The position numbers and the translations under genes are program-made. A DNA stretch of 64,000 nt, taken from NCBI GenBank assembly GCA_963715865.1, contig OY970280.1:1888001-1952000 (forward strand). The letters are read 5' to 3'. This DNA is from Candidatus Bathyarchaeota archaeon. GTDB lineage: Archaea; Thermoproteota; Bathyarchaeia; Bathyarchaeales; Bathycorpusculaceae. Under the pieces are notes generated by a model, which was given only the letters and a program-made list of their open reading frames with translations, was not told the DNA's origin and made no database searches. Of this stretch, positions 37,486-47,831 are shown piece by piece (within the stretch, counting starts at the first letter, position 1; every line of letters begins with the position of its first letter).

Positions 37486-37916
37486 TCATGAAGAATGAGT
37501 GTAATGTTGACTTTCTGTCGTGGATTTTTTAGCTTCTCCACCAATTCTCTTGGTAAATCATTTGCTGATTTGTCAGCACGAATTGCCAACGTTCGGTTAC
37601 AAATATAATCGCTTTTTCTAATCACCATATCGGTTGGATGAGTTAAAATCAACCTTGGTGAGCCAAAGGCGTTAATTTGCTCTGTTAAGCCGCCAGCCTC
37701 GATAATGATGGTTAGTTTAGCGTTTGGTCTTTTCAATTTGTCTTTGAATGTTGGGTTTAAGTCCGCTACTGCTTTATCTGCGGCTACTCCGATTATGCAA
37801 TCGCCAGTTTTTGACAGGCGCTTTTCTCGTGTAAACATTAAAGTTGAAGGGTGAATAGCTTTAATATTTTCGTGCCCAGCAGCCGACATGTTTTCTCTTG
37901 TTTCTTTAGCACTCAA
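37482..37916 (-). CDS. DUF371 family protein
   Basis: GHENIKAIH, GDCIIGV, VIRKSDY, ADKSANDL. Confidence 0.85.
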   Translation of the reverse strand: MSAKETRENMSAAGHENIKAIHPSTLMFTREKRLSKTGDCIIGVAADKAVADLNPTFKDKLKRPNAKLTIIIEAGGLTEQINAFGSPRLILTHPTDMVIRKSDYICNRTLAIRADKSANDLPRELVEKLKNPRQKVNITLILHD

Positions 37917-38879
37917 TTACTCGTTAACCTCAATGGAATCCACTTTGCCGTCCCCATCTAAATCAAACCCCTGAATCACAACGGCGAAAGTGTCCTCGCC
38001 TTTGTATTTTTGCAGAGTATTTTTCCAAAAATTAGTCAAGGCTAAAACGCACGCTTTTGTTCCTACGGCTTTGTTTCCTGCTAAAACCACGATGCGCTTG
38101 GTCTTATCCCATGGATTAACAATTTTAGCTATTAACCCTGAAACATCCGAAGTGTAAACTTGCAAAGTCTTTTTTGACGACAAACCACCCAGCAGGAATC
38201 CTTGCTCGGATGACTGCATTATGAATTTTATGGGTAAATACTCGTTTATTTCCTGTGTAAGAAGGTTGGTTCCCGGTCCACCAACAAGGATTAAATTGTT
38301 TTTTTCCTCTTTCTCCGCTTTCACATCAACGTCGAGTTTCACGGCGAATTCCGTTGGCATTTTAGTAAATTGCCCAAGGAAAAACGCTAAATGAGCAGCG
38401 TAATGTCCATCTCTGGCACTGGTTTTGAATGGTCCATGCGGTTGCGGGCTGCCTACAACTATTTTTCCGTCAAAGATGCCGTTGCTAATGAATTCTTTGA
38501 AGAACTCTTGGAGTTGCTCATCTATGCTTAGAAGGCATAGGTTTTGGATTGGTTTGTAGCCATAGGGGAGCTCGATGCCGAAGGCTGGTGAAACGGTTTT
38601 GTAATATTTTGCTGTTGCACCTTTCTTCTTTTCTTCTCTTTCGACTGTTATGGCGCCTGCTTTGGCTAGTTTTCTTATGTGGTAGTAGACTTTTTGCTCA
38701 TGCATTCCGAGTTGCCGTGCGATTTCTAAGGGGTACATTTCTTTTTTTGATAGCAGGGTTAGGATTTTCCAGCTTAGGCTGCCTAGTATCAGTTTTAGTT
38801 TTTGTGAATCGTTTATTATGCTGATTTCTTTTACTTCTTGGATGTTGCCGTTGTCTTGCAGTAGCAGTTTTTTGTCCAT
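37917..38879 (-). CDS. ArsR-like HTH regulator fused to an S-layer-like C-terminal domain
   Basis: MYPLEIARQLGMHEQKVYYHIRKL HTH; NLILVGGP..N; VLAG..AVGTKAC; C-terminal DLDGDGKVD. Confidence 0.75.
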   Translation of the reverse strand: MDKKLLLQDNGNIQEVKEISIINDSQKLKLILGSLSWKILTLLSKKEMYPLEIARQLGMHEQKVYYHIRKLAKAGAITVEREEKKKGATAKYYKTVSPAFGIELPYGYKPIQNLCLLSIDEQLQEFFKEFISNGIFDGKIVVGSPQPHGPFKTSARDGHYAAHLAFFLGQFTKMPTEFAVKLDVDVKAEKEEKNNLILVGGPGTNLLTQEINEYLPIKFIMQSSEQGFLLGGLSSKKTLQVYTSDVSGLIAKIVNPWDKTKRIVVLAGNKAVGTKACVLALTNFWKNTLQKYKGEDTFAVVIQGFDLDGDGKVDSIEVNE

Positions 38880-39102
38880 GGCATGGTCGAGATGAATAAC
38901 ATCAAGGTACTATAAAAAATTTATTTATAACGGTTGAAAAAATCAGGCTCCTGCTGTGCAACTTTACGCTAACACGAAGAAGCAAAATGAAAAGGCTTAA
39001 AAAAAAAGTTTTTAGCACTCAAAGTTTTATCCTAAAAATCCTTATTAACAAAGCGCAGCTTTCCATAAGTTAGTACTATTGTGTGAAAGCGAGGCTTCGT
39101 AA

Positions 39103-40932
39103 ATGTGTGGAATCTTTGGTTGCGTTTTAAAAGAAGGAAACGCTGCGCCTGTAATACGTTCATCACTTAAACGGCTTGAATATCGCGGCTACGATTCAGT
39201 AGGCATAGCAACAATATCCGATGGAAAAATTTACCTAAAAAAGGACCAAGGAAAAATAGATGATGTTCACAAAATCCTAAACCTCGACGATTTACCTGGC
39301 AACATAGGTATTGGTCACACACGGTGGGCAACGCATGGTGCGCCCTTAAAAGTTAACTCTCACCCTCACGCCGATTGCACAGGAGAAATAATGGTTGTTC
39401 ATAATGGAATCATTGAGAATTTTATGGAGCTCAGAACAGAACTGCAGAATCTTGATCACACATTTGTTTCAAAAACTGACACCGAAGTAATCCCACACCT
39501 TATTGAGGAAACCCTCAAAGAGAACCCCAAACTCTCTTTTGCCGATGCGGTTCAAGAAAGCCTTAAGCGTCTTGAAGGTTCCTATGCCCTTGCCATAATC
39601 TCCACAAAAGAGCCTGACAAGATTATCTGCGCCAGAAACGAAAGCCCCCTAGTTTTAGGCATCAATGGTAACGGTGTTTTTTGTGCTTCTGATATTCCAG
39701 CGTTTCTGCCAGTTACCAACAAGGCAGTCATGGTGAATAATGGTGAACTCGTTATTCTGACAGCGCAAGGTTACGAGATTAAGAAAATTCAGGACTCCAG
39801 CCTTGTCAAGCGCGCACCGGAAACTATTGAGTGGACAGCGGAAATGGCTGTTAAACAAGGCTATCCGCATTTTATGATTAAGGAGATTCATGAGCAGCCT
39901 GAAACTCTTCGCAACACGTTGAGAATGCAGGAGCATTATTTGGATTTACTTTCAACTTTTCTTGACCGCGCGAACGAGGTTTTTCTTGTTGCATGCGGAA
40001 CAAGCTACCATGCGTGTTTGGCGGCTTCATACATGTTTTCTAAACTTGCGTTTTTGCCCACTTACCCGGTTTATGCTTCAGAATTTATAGAGCAACATGG
40101 CAAATCAGTAAACATAGACAGCACCATCTTAGCTGTTAGTCAGTCAGGCGAAACAGCCGACACCATAGCAGCCGTTACCTGTGCCCAGCAGCGTGCAGCC
40201 ACGATTCTAAGCTTAACTAATGTTATCGGCTCTACTTTGACACGTATTTCTCGTGTTTATATTGGTCAGCAGTCTGGTCCAGAGATTGGAGTTGCAGCTA
40301 CGAAAACTTTTACGTCTCAGCTTTCCGTGTTGGCGCAACTTGCGCTTAGGTTGGCAAAGAAGAGAGGCAAAGTTTCTCAGGATGAAATAGACAGTCTTGA
40401 AGAGAATTTAGATAAATTGCCTGATATTGTTGATACAGTAGTTAAGACGCAGGAGGAAAAAGTTAAGCAAATTGCCAAGAAATACAAGGATTCCAAAGTG
40501 TTCTTTTTCTTAGGCAGAGGAATCAGCACTGCCACCGCTTATGAAGGCAGACTCAAGCTAATGGAGATAGCGTATATTCCGTCGATAGCGTTTCCAGCAG
40601 GCGAGAGCAAGCATGGCCCAATTAGTCTTGTTGAAAACGGTTTTCCGGTGGTTTTCATTTGCCCAAAGGATGATTCGCATAAGACGTTGATTGGTAACAT
40701 TATGGAGATGAAAGCCAGAGGAGCATCAATCATTGCCGTTGTCGAGGAGGGGGACGAGGAAATCAAGACGTTGGCAGATGAGTATGTTGAGGTTCCGAAG
40801 GGCATTCCCAGTGTTCTGTCGCCGATACCTTTTGCGGTGCCCCTGCAGCTTTTAGCGTATTATGTTGCTCTTGAGAAAGGATACAACCCGGACATGCCAA
40901 GGAACCTGGCTAAGTCTGTAACTGTAAAGTAA
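39103..40932 (+). CDS. glmS: Glutamine--fructose-6-phosphate aminotransferase
   Basis: MCGIFG, LEYRGYDS, GHTRWATHG, SQSGETADT, ATKTF, RNLAKSVTV. Confidence 0.97.
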   Translation: MCGIFGCVLKEGNAAPVIRSSLKRLEYRGYDSVGIATISDGKIYLKKDQGKIDDVHKILNLDDLPGNIGIGHTRWATHGAPLKVNSHPHADCTGEIMVVHNGIIENFMELRTELQNLDHTFVSKTDTEVIPHLIEETLKENPKLSFADAVQESLKRLEGSYALAIISTKEPDKIICARNESPLVLGINGNGVFCASDIPAFLPVTNKAVMVNNGELVILTAQGYEIKKIQDSSLVKRAPETIEWTAEMAVKQGYPHFMIKEIHEQPETLRNTLRMQEHYLDLLSTFLDRANEVFLVACGTSYHACLAASYMFSKLAFLPTYPVYASEFIEQHGKSVNIDSTILAVSQSGETADTIAAVTCAQQRAATILSLTNVIGSTLTRISRVYIGQQSGPEIGVAATKTFTSQLSVLAQLALRLAKKRGKVSQDEIDSLEENLDKLPDIVDTVVKTQEEKVKQIAKKYKDSKVFFFLGRGISTATAYEGRLKLMEIAYIPSIAFPAGESKHGPISLVENGFPVVFICPKDDSHKTLIGNIMEMKARGASIIAVVEEGDEEIKTLADEYVEVPKGIPSVLSPIPFAVPLQLLAYYVALEKGYNPDMPRNLAKSVTVK

Positions 40933-41003
40933 CTTTTCCTTTTTTTAACAATCGTATAATGTTAAAAGGGGCAAACGCACAGTATCTATTTTGGTGTTCC
41001 GGT

Positions 41004-41678
41004 TTGGGGAAGGCGGAATGGGAAAAACTTATCGATGGTTTAGTGAAACAGGGCATTCTTTACTCGCCGAAAGTAGTAAATGCAATGCTTAGTGTGCCCC
41101 GCGTTAAATTCTTGCCTGAAGACATTCAACCTTATGGCGCCGTGGACACGCCTCTTCAAATTGGTTTTGGCCAAACAGTCTCGGCGCCACATATGGTTTC
41201 GATAATGAATGAAGCTCTCCAATTGGAAGTTGGCCAAAAAGTCCTCGAGGTTGGTGCTGGTTCAGGCTGGCATGCTGCAACTATAACAGAGTTGGTAGCG
41301 CCGAAAGATGTGCCTAGAAGTGAGTGGGGACACGTTTATACTGTTGAGATAGTTCAGGTTTTAGCGGAAACGGCTAGGAAGAACATTATGAACGCTGGCT
41401 ATGGCGACCGCATAACTATAATCAACGCTGACGGGTCAAAAGGGTATCCTGAAAAGGCTCCTTACGACCGTATCGTTGTGACGGCTGCAGCTCCAGAAGC
41501 CCCCCAGCCACTACTGGACCAGTTGAAAGCTAATGGAGTAATGGTGATTCCAGTTGGCGAAATTTCGCTCTTCCAAACTCTAATGAGGCTAACTAAAGAT
41601 GAGGCTGGCAAGATTAGGCAGGAGAATCTTGGGGAAGTAGCTTTTGTTCCATTAACAGGCGAATATGGACACGGCTAA
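41004..41678 (+). CDS. pcm: Protein-L-isoaspartate O-methyltransferase
   Basis: QTVSAPHMV, LEVGAGSGW, APYDRIVVTAA, VAFVPL; TTG 41004 with GGTG SD. Confidence 0.93.
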   Translation: MGKAEWEKLIDGLVKQGILYSPKVVNAMLSVPRVKFLPEDIQPYGAVDTPLQIGFGQTVSAPHMVSIMNEALQLEVGQKVLEVGAGSGWHAATITELVAPKDVPRSEWGHVYTVEIVQVLAETARKNIMNAGYGDRITIINADGSKGYPEKAPYDRIVVTAAAPEAPQPLLDQLKANGVMVIPVGEISLFQTLMRLTKDEAGKIRQENLGEVAFVPLTGEYGHG

Positions 41679-41679
41679 G

Positions 41680-42714
41680 CTAGCTGAACCATTTTTCCAA
41701 TGATACTTTGCCTTTCTGCTTCTTTGTGCCTTCTAGCATTTTATCTAGTGATTTTCTCACGCGGTCTTCCGAGAAGTCTTTCTGCCTGCAAAGGAAATCG
41801 GCGACGCCTTCTACGTCGGGTTCTTTCCATTCTAACTTGTAGTTATCTGTGACTTGCGGGTGCAGAAAGATTTCTCTTATGCAGTTGGGCTCAACTGGAA
41901 AAGTGGCGTTTTTTATATTGGGTAACGCGTTTTCTAATGTTCCGTATTGTTTTATTAGTTTTAGGGCGGTTTTTGGTCCTAGCCCTTTTATGCCCTCTGG
42001 GTTATAGTCTGTTCCAATTAGGATGCCTACGTCTATTAGTTGCTCGTAAGTTAAGCCGCATGCGTCTAGGGCTTTGGATAGTTCAATTACTTCAGGCACA
42101 ATGTCGATGTAGATGTTTTTGCTTGGAAGCTTCCGCCTACCAGAAATAGTAACGTTCCGAAGGAGTCTTGGAGCGCCGAAAAGTAGGCTGTCGTAGTCTT
42201 GGCTTGCGCAGTAATCCGCATTGCTACGTTTTGTCATGTGTGCGGCTTGGGCTTCTCCTTCGCTTGGCGCTTGGACCCATGGCAACCCCATGAGGCTCAG
42301 CAGTTTCATGGCGTCGTCCTTCATGTAGTCCTTCATGGTCATAGTAGCCTGCGCAAACATCCGCATCTTTGCCGTATCGCCTATCGCCACCGCCTTCTCA
42401 TAGTGCACGGCGGCTCCCACTTTGACTTGCCTGCGCCGCTCAATCTCAGCCGCCTTCAAGGTTGGCGGAACACCATCGAAAACGTAGATGGTTTTTATTC
42501 CCATTTCCACTAGGTTGCTTGTGCGGTAGAATAAGCCGCTTAGGTGACTGGTGACTTTTCCCATGCTGTCTTTTAGCGGTGTGCCGTCTGGTTGTCGAAT
42601 GATGGCGAGAAACTGGTAAATCGCGTTGTAAGCGTCTATGGCGATGATTTTGCCACTTAAATCCTCCAGCTTAACAGGAGTTTTCGGAACGAGGCCTTTG
42701 AAGTCTACGCCCAA
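41680..42714 (-). CDS. fen1: Flap endonuclease 1
   Basis: MGV, IDAYNAIYQFL, VFDG, SEGEAQAA, SQDYDSLLFGAP, GTDYN, C-terminal PIP box LEKWF. Confidence 0.97.
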   Translation of the reverse strand: MGVDFKGLVPKTPVKLEDLSGKIIAIDAYNAIYQFLAIIRQPDGTPLKDSMGKVTSHLSGLFYRTSNLVEMGIKTIYVFDGVPPTLKAAEIERRRQVKVGAAVHYEKAVAIGDTAKMRMFAQATMTMKDYMKDDAMKLLSLMGLPWVQAPSEGEAQAAHMTKRSNADYCASQDYDSLLFGAPRLLRNVTISGRRKLPSKNIYIDIVPEVIELSKALDACGLTYEQLIDVGILIGTDYNPEGIKGLGPKTALKLIKQYGTLENALPNIKNATFPVEPNCIREIFLHPQVTDNYKLEWKEPDVEGVADFLCRQKDFSEDRVRKSLDKMLEGTKKQKGKVSLEKWFS

Positions 42715-42797
42715 AACTTATCACGAATGAAATAAGGCAAGACACCTTCTTAATAAACTTGCGAAATAGCTCATTTCTTGGTGGTAGTCGCTTAAGG

Positions 42798-42826
42798 TAT
42801 AAATATGGGTTATACTTTTGTATAAC
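42798..42826 (+). promoter_or_regulatory. TATA box plus palindromic operator of the vapBC pair
   Basis: TATAAATA (42798-42805) followed by GTTATAC-TTTT-GTATAAC (42809-42826). Confidence 0.65.
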
Positions 42827-42839
42827 TGGTGGTTAGACA

Positions 42840-43103
42840 TTGATTGAGGAAGAAATGAAAGTCGGTCCAAAAGGGCAGGTCGTAATTCCGCGAGCAATGC
42901 GCAAAGCCCTGAAAATTGAGCCCGGCTCCAAGGTCCTATTCACGTTGGAGGATGACAAGTTAATCCTGAAAAAGCCTGCTTTCGACGCGGTGGCTGTATT
43001 TGAAAGAATAGCTAAGAGTGGCAAATCAGTTTCCAAAGTGGATCCTCACGCTTACGAAGAAGAACTTGAAGAGAGATACAAACGTGCTCTATCTGGACGC
43101 TAA
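42840..43103 (+). CDS. vapB: AbrB/MazE/SpoVT family antitoxin
   Basis: KVGPKGQVVIPRAMRKALKIEPG motif; overlaps the PIN gene. Confidence 0.88.
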   Translation: MIEEEMKVGPKGQVVIPRAMRKALKIEPGSKVLFTLEDDKLILKKPAFDAVAVFERIAKSGKSVSKVDPHAYEEELEERYKRALSGR

Positions 43104-43482
43104 CGTTTTCATTTTCGCTGCTTTAAACGCTGAAGAGTTTGGAAGCAAAGCAGTGTCTTTGCTTAAGAAAATTCAGCAAGGTGAGGAACAAGCGATCACT
43201 TCGGCATTGACCTTTGATGAAACATTTTGGGAAGTAAAAAAGAACCGAGGAATTGAAAAAGCGTTGGAAGCAGGAGAGGCTATGTTGAATTTTCCTAACT
43301 TAGAGATTATACCTGCTGACAGAGAAGTGGTTTTGTCAGCTTTGCAAATCATCAGGGAATGCCATTTAGCGCCAAGAGATGCCATTCATGCGGCAACGGC
43401 TATAGCAGAAAAAGCAGACTTCATAGTTTCAACGGATACTCACTTTGATAGGGTAAAAGAGCTAAAACGGAAAAAACTATAA
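43084..43482 (+). CDS. vapC: PIN-domain toxin
   Basis: GTG start, YLDANVF, TFDE, PRDAIHAA, STDTHFD acidic tetrad. Confidence 0.9.
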   Translation: MLYLDANVFIFAALNAEEFGSKAVSLLKKIQQGEEQAITSALTFDETFWEVKKNRGIEKALEAGEAMLNFPNLEIIPADREVVLSALQIIRECHLAPRDAIHAATAIAEKADFIVSTDTHFDRVKELKRKKL

Positions 43483-43601
43483 CAGTACTCAAACAAAGCA
43501 AGTTGCCGTCAAGTTGGCACCCAAGTGATGCAGTTAGAATATGGCGATTCTATTGGTAATAAACTTGCCCAAGAACATTAGTAAAATAGCTTACAGTATA
43601 T

Positions 43602-44321
43602 TTATATGCACTTTCCTTTGTCCCAGTAGTAAAGAAACAGGTCTCTGACCCAGTTGAGGAACACTGTGTCTTTTCCAAAAAAGCCTGCATGATCTTGTCT
43701 TCCCCCAATGAATCGAAAGCATATGACCGCCTCTTTTTCCGTGAGCCCGAAGATTGCTGGAAGGTCTGGAAGAGTCCGATTTTCAAGGTTTGGAAATTTT
43801 GCAGGCGGGAGGGGGGAAAGAATTTGGAATTCTACTTTTTTTGGGATTTGTTTCACTATCGTATCAAAGGATCCAGGGGGTGGTTCTGGGATGGCTCCCC
43901 ACATGTATTGTTCGGCTTCTCCAATCATCTGTGAAGACTTGGTTGTGCTCTCTATCATGCCCATTCGCAGGCTTGTTTGTGAAAGCTCGCCCAGTCTCTT
44001 CACGAATTGGTGAGGAAGCCGCCAAACGTCATGAGTTAAGAAGTATTCCTTATGTTTGAGTACAAATTCTATAGGAGAAGAGAGTTCTAACACGAGTCTG
44101 CCATACTCGGTAATGGCGTATGTGCCTTCAGGTTGCTTTTGAACAAGCATGGCTTCGCTCAGGCGTTGCAATTGTCTGAAAGTCTCGGTTGTGGTTAAGT
44201 TTAGTTTGCGGGCGACATCGTTCATCTTCCCATTTTTCTCTTTTAGCTGGAGCAGTATGTCGAGTCTGCTTTCGCTTGCGAGTTCATAAAACAGCCTTTC
44301 AATGCCTTCCTGTTTATCCAA
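43602..44321 (-). CDS. Winged-HTH transcriptional regulator with C-terminal DUF1724-like domain
   Basis: ELASESRLDIL, ETFRQLQRLSE, YAITEYG; TTG 44321 with GGTGA SD. Confidence 0.75.
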   Translation of the reverse strand: MDKQEGIERLFYELASESRLDILLQLKEKNGKMNDVARKLNLTTTETFRQLQRLSEAMLVQKQPEGTYAITEYGRLVLELSSPIEFVLKHKEYFLTHDVWRLPHQFVKRLGELSQTSLRMGMIESTTKSSQMIGEAEQYMWGAIPEPPPGSFDTIVKQIPKKVEFQILSPLPPAKFPNLENRTLPDLPAIFGLTEKEAVICFRFIGGRQDHAGFFGKDTVFLNWVRDLFLYYWDKGKCI

Positions 44322-44432
44322 CTTTTTATCACCGATGTTAAAGCATTCACACCACTGTATTCCATTGCACATTGTAAGCAAATAAAGGTAATCGGCTTCC
44401 GACGCTTAATAAGAAATCAAGAGGCAAGAAAG

Positions 44433-44723
44433 ATGGCAAACGAAATTGAAGAAACGGAACGCTTCTTTTCCATCGAACTCAAATCAAAAGCTGACCTAAA
44501 GAACATTACCTTGGCAAATGGCGCCCAAGACAACGTCCTCGTGGAGGGCACAATAGGCGAACTTGTACAAGCAACCTTCGTGGAAGGTGTCATTTTGGAA
44601 ATTGCTGGCAAAAAAGGAACAGTGAGAATTAACTTGAAAGAGAAAGAGCTAAGAAAAGAGACCAAAGGCGAGGACACCTCTGTGAACGAAAAAGAATCAC
44701 GGGAGGTGAAATTATGCCAGTAA
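44433..44723 (+). CDS. Hypothetical protein
   Basis: 96 aa beta-rich ORF (LVEGTIG...LEIAG..GTVRINL); contains the SD for the next gene. Confidence 0.65.
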   Translation: MANEIEETERFFSIELKSKADLKNITLANGAQDNVLVEGTIGELVQATFVEGVILEIAGKKGTVRINLKEKELRKETKGEDTSVNEKESREVKLCQ

Positions 44724-44923
44724 CAGCACTGAGAATATTTGTTTATGCTGCGATTATCATATTGAGTATTGCTGCTGTTAAGACGTTAATCCCTAATTCG
44801 CAAGCAAGTAAACCATGCCTATTAGGATACAAGGCTACCTGCTCTTTCACACCCATAAGCACTGCAATCTTGATTGTGGCAGCCATTATCTTATTCCTTA
44901 TAGCGAAAGGAGTGATTGGCTGA
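44714..44923 (+). CDS. Small two-TM membrane protein with a CLLGYKATC loop
   Basis: GGAGGTGA SD; two hydrophobic helices. Confidence 0.65.
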   Translation: MPVTALRIFVYAAIIILSIAAVKTLIPNSQASKPCLLGYKATCSFTPISTAILIVAAIILFLIAKGVIG

Positions 44924-45030
44924 TGATTTACGAAAGAACTGAGCTTTAATTCCAGCTTTTTTCTGTTTTTAATAAGCATAGCAGATATAAGGAACCCTTA
45001 CAATTTAAAACCGCAACGAAGTGTTCCCTT

Positions 45031-45213
45031 ATGACAGAAAGAACATTATCCTTAGTCACCTGTACAAGCTGCGGCAAACCAATTCCGCCAGGCAGCGAAT
45101 CCACAAAATTCCAGTGCCCCAACTGCGGAGAAATCCAAATCAAACGCGACGGAAAATGCCGCAAATTCGGCCGCTTGTACAAATGCCCGAAATGCGGATT
45201 CACAGGACCATAA
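45031..45213 (+). CDS. Double zinc-ribbon protein (DUF1610/HVO_2753 family)
   Basis: CTSC, FQCPNCG, DGKCR, YKCPKCGFTGP; typical position upstream of EF-1 beta. Confidence 0.9.
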   Translation: MTERTLSLVTCTSCGKPIPPGSESTKFQCPNCGEIQIKRDGKCRKFGRLYKCPKCGFTGP

Positions 45214-45226
45214 AGGCGATTTAACC

Positions 45227-45502
45227 ATGGGAAGCGTTTTGGTAACATACAAGATTTTCCCAGAAGACATAGTGGAAAACTTTGACGACCTCAAAAAGAA
45301 AATCCAAAACATCATGCCCGAATTCTCCGCAATCGAAGGATACGGCGAAGAACCAATAGCCTTCGGACTCGTAGTGCTGCTTGTTCAAGTTAAATTTCCA
45401 GAAGATAAAACAGGCATCGTTGACGAATTCGAAGAAAAACTCGCAAAAATACCAGGCATAAGCCAAGCCCAAACCTTCATGGTGCGCAGAACAAGCAGAT
45501 AA
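45227..45502 (+). CDS. ef1b: Elongation factor 1-beta
   Basis: KIFPED, EPIAFGLV motifs. Confidence 0.93.
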   Translation: MGSVLVTYKIFPEDIVENFDDLKKKIQNIMPEFSAIEGYGEEPIAFGLVVLLVQVKFPEDKTGIVDEFEEKLAKIPGISQAQTFMVRRTSR

Positions 45503-45645
45503 AACGCTTAATTACCCAAAAAGCCACAAGACACTTCTTTAATATGCGCCTGAAAGTCTCAACCGTTACGCTTTAAAGTTTATATAGGAATAAACGTTCT
45601 TTTCAAACACACACTCTTAACATCAAATTATTTGGAGGATTCTGT

Positions 45646-47817
45646 TTGAGCGAAATTCAATTACACGTTGGAGACGCACGGCAAAGAGACGTGGGCAGAG
45701 GAATCGCCCGCATAGACCAGCGAACCATGCAGAAACTAGGCATAAGCGCTGGAGACGTAATAGAAATCATAAACAAACGCACAACATCAGCCATCGCTTG
45801 GCCTGCATACAGCGAAGACCAAAACCGCGACATCATCCGCATCGACGGCTTCACACGCAAAAACAGCGGCGTAGCCATAAACGAATATGTAGTGGTGCGA
45901 CCGGCAAAAGTCAAAGCAGCATTAAGCATAACACTTGCACCTGTCGACATGCGCTTAAACGTGGACGAAGACTTCACAAACTTCGTTAAAAACCGCCTCA
46001 TGGAACGCACCCTCGTAGAAGGCGACACAACCTTAGTAATGATGCTAGGGCACGCCATACCATTCACCGTGTCAAAAACTCGACCTCACGGCATAATAAA
46101 AGTAACAACCGAATCACGCTTAACCATACTAAACGAACCAGCACCCGAAGGCAAAGGTCTACCGAGAACCACATACGAAGACATCGGCGGCTTACACGAA
46201 GAAATCCAACGAGTCCGCGAAATGGTAGAACTACCACTCCGCCACCCAGAACTCTTCCAACGTTTAGGAATAGAACCTCCAAAAGGCGTACTCCTTCACG
46301 GTCCACCAGGCTGCGGAAAAACCCTCCTAGCCAGAGCAGTCGCCAACGAGTCAGAAGCCAACTTCTACTCAATTAACGGTCCAGAAATCATGAGCAAATT
46401 CTACGGTGAATCCGAAGCACGCTTACGCGAAATTTTCCAGCAAGCCCAACAGAACGCGCCAAGCATAATATTCGTGGACGAACTTGATGCCATAGCGCCT
46501 AAACGAGAAGAAGTCACAGGCGAAGTTGAAAGACGCGTCGTTGCACAACTCCTCGCATTGATGGATGGTTTAAGCGGAAGAGGAAACGTCATAGTCATCG
46601 GCGCAACCAACCGTCCACAAGCACTTGACCCTGCACTGCGCAGACCTGGAAGATTTGACAGAGAAATAGAAATCGGCGTACCCGACAAGAAAGGAAGATA
46701 CGAAGTCCTCCAAATACACACAAGAGGCATGCCACTTGCTGAAGATGTTGACCTCAAAAAACTCGCTGACATAACCCATGGCTACACAGGCGCCGATGTA
46801 TCCGCGCTAGGCAGAGAAACAGCCATGAAAGCCCTCCGCAGATACCTACCACAAATAAACCTTGAAGAAGAACGCGTTCCACCAGCCGTCTTAGAGAAAA
46901 TGGAGGTTAAAATGGACGATTTCGTTGGCGCATACAAGGAAGTCACGCCTACGGCCATGCGTGAAGTCTACATTGAAGTTTCCACTGTTCACTGGGATGA
47001 CACCGGTGGACTCGACGATGTAAAACAGCACCTCAAAGAAGCTGTTGAGTGGCCAATGAAGAATCCTGAAATGTTCACTAGGCTTGGAATTAGACCGCCA
47101 AAAGGCATACTGCTGTATGGTCCACCAGGCTGCGGCAAAACCCTCCTAGCCAGAGCAGTGGCAACAGAAAGCGAAGCCAACTTCATATCAATCAAGGGTC
47201 CTGAAGTTTTCTCCAAATGGGTTGGAGAATCAGAAAAAGCCATACGCGAAGTATTCCGCAAAGCCCGAATGGCAGCGCCTGCCGTCATATTCCTAGATGA
47301 AATAGACTCGCTCACGCCTAGACGTGGAATGGGTATGTCTGACAGCGGCGTTTCAGAACGAGTCATAAGTCAACTCCTAACAGAAATGGATGGCATAGTA
47401 ACATTACAAGACATTGTAGTTATCGCTGCTACCAACCGTCCCGACATGGTGGATTCCGCCGTTCTACGTCCCGGAAGGTTTGACAGACTGATTTATGTGC
47501 CTGAACCTGATGAAAAAAGCCGCTTGCAAATATTCAAAATCTACACAAAAGGTATGCCAATCAGCAAAGATGTTGACTTGAACCAGTTGACAATGATGAC
47601 CAAATACTATTCGGGCGCTGACATAGAATCCTTGTGCAGAGAAGCCGCAATGCATGCGTTAAGAAGGGATGTAAACTCCCAAGAAGTCACTATGAAAGAT
47701 TTCCAGGATGCCTTGAAAGAAATGGGTCCATCAGTATCGCCTGACATGGAGAAATGGTACAAGAGCTTCATACAGCAAGTCCGGCAAGTACAAAAACCAG
47801 CAACACCAGTTGCTTAG
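45646..47817 (+). CDS. cdc48: CDC48/VCP family AAA ATPase
   Basis: N-domain DVGRGIARID, two GPPGCGKT Walker A motifs, ATNRP, RPGRFD. Confidence 0.97.
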   Translation: MSEIQLHVGDARQRDVGRGIARIDQRTMQKLGISAGDVIEIINKRTTSAIAWPAYSEDQNRDIIRIDGFTRKNSGVAINEYVVVRPAKVKAALSITLAPVDMRLNVDEDFTNFVKNRLMERTLVEGDTTLVMMLGHAIPFTVSKTRPHGIIKVTTESRLTILNEPAPEGKGLPRTTYEDIGGLHEEIQRVREMVELPLRHPELFQRLGIEPPKGVLLHGPPGCGKTLLARAVANESEANFYSINGPEIMSKFYGESEARLREIFQQAQQNAPSIIFVDELDAIAPKREEVTGEVERRVVAQLLALMDGLSGRGNVIVIGATNRPQALDPALRRPGRFDREIEIGVPDKKGRYEVLQIHTRGMPLAEDVDLKKLADITHGYTGADVSALGRETAMKALRRYLPQINLEEERVPPAVLEKMEVKMDDFVGAYKEVTPTAMREVYIEVSTVHWDDTGGLDDVKQHLKEAVEWPMKNPEMFTRLGIRPPKGILLYGPPGCGKTLLARAVATESEANFISIKGPEVFSKWVGESEKAIREVFRKARMAAPAVIFLDEIDSLTPRRGMGMSDSGVSERVISQLLTEMDGIVTLQDIVVIAATNRPDMVDSAVLRPGRFDRLIYVPEPDEKSRLQIFKIYTKGMPISKDVDLNQLTMMTKYYSGADIESLCREAAMHALRRDVNSQEVTMKDFQDALKEMGPSVSPDMEKWYKSFIQQVRQVQKPATPVA

Positions 47818-47831
47818 AGAAGGAAAGCTTG

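Noticed and set aside
44912-44942. Possible C/D box sRNA (GTGA...TGATGA-12 nt-CTGA)
   Set aside because: Only the D'/C'/D half is present, no upstream C box, and it overlaps a CDS stop codon
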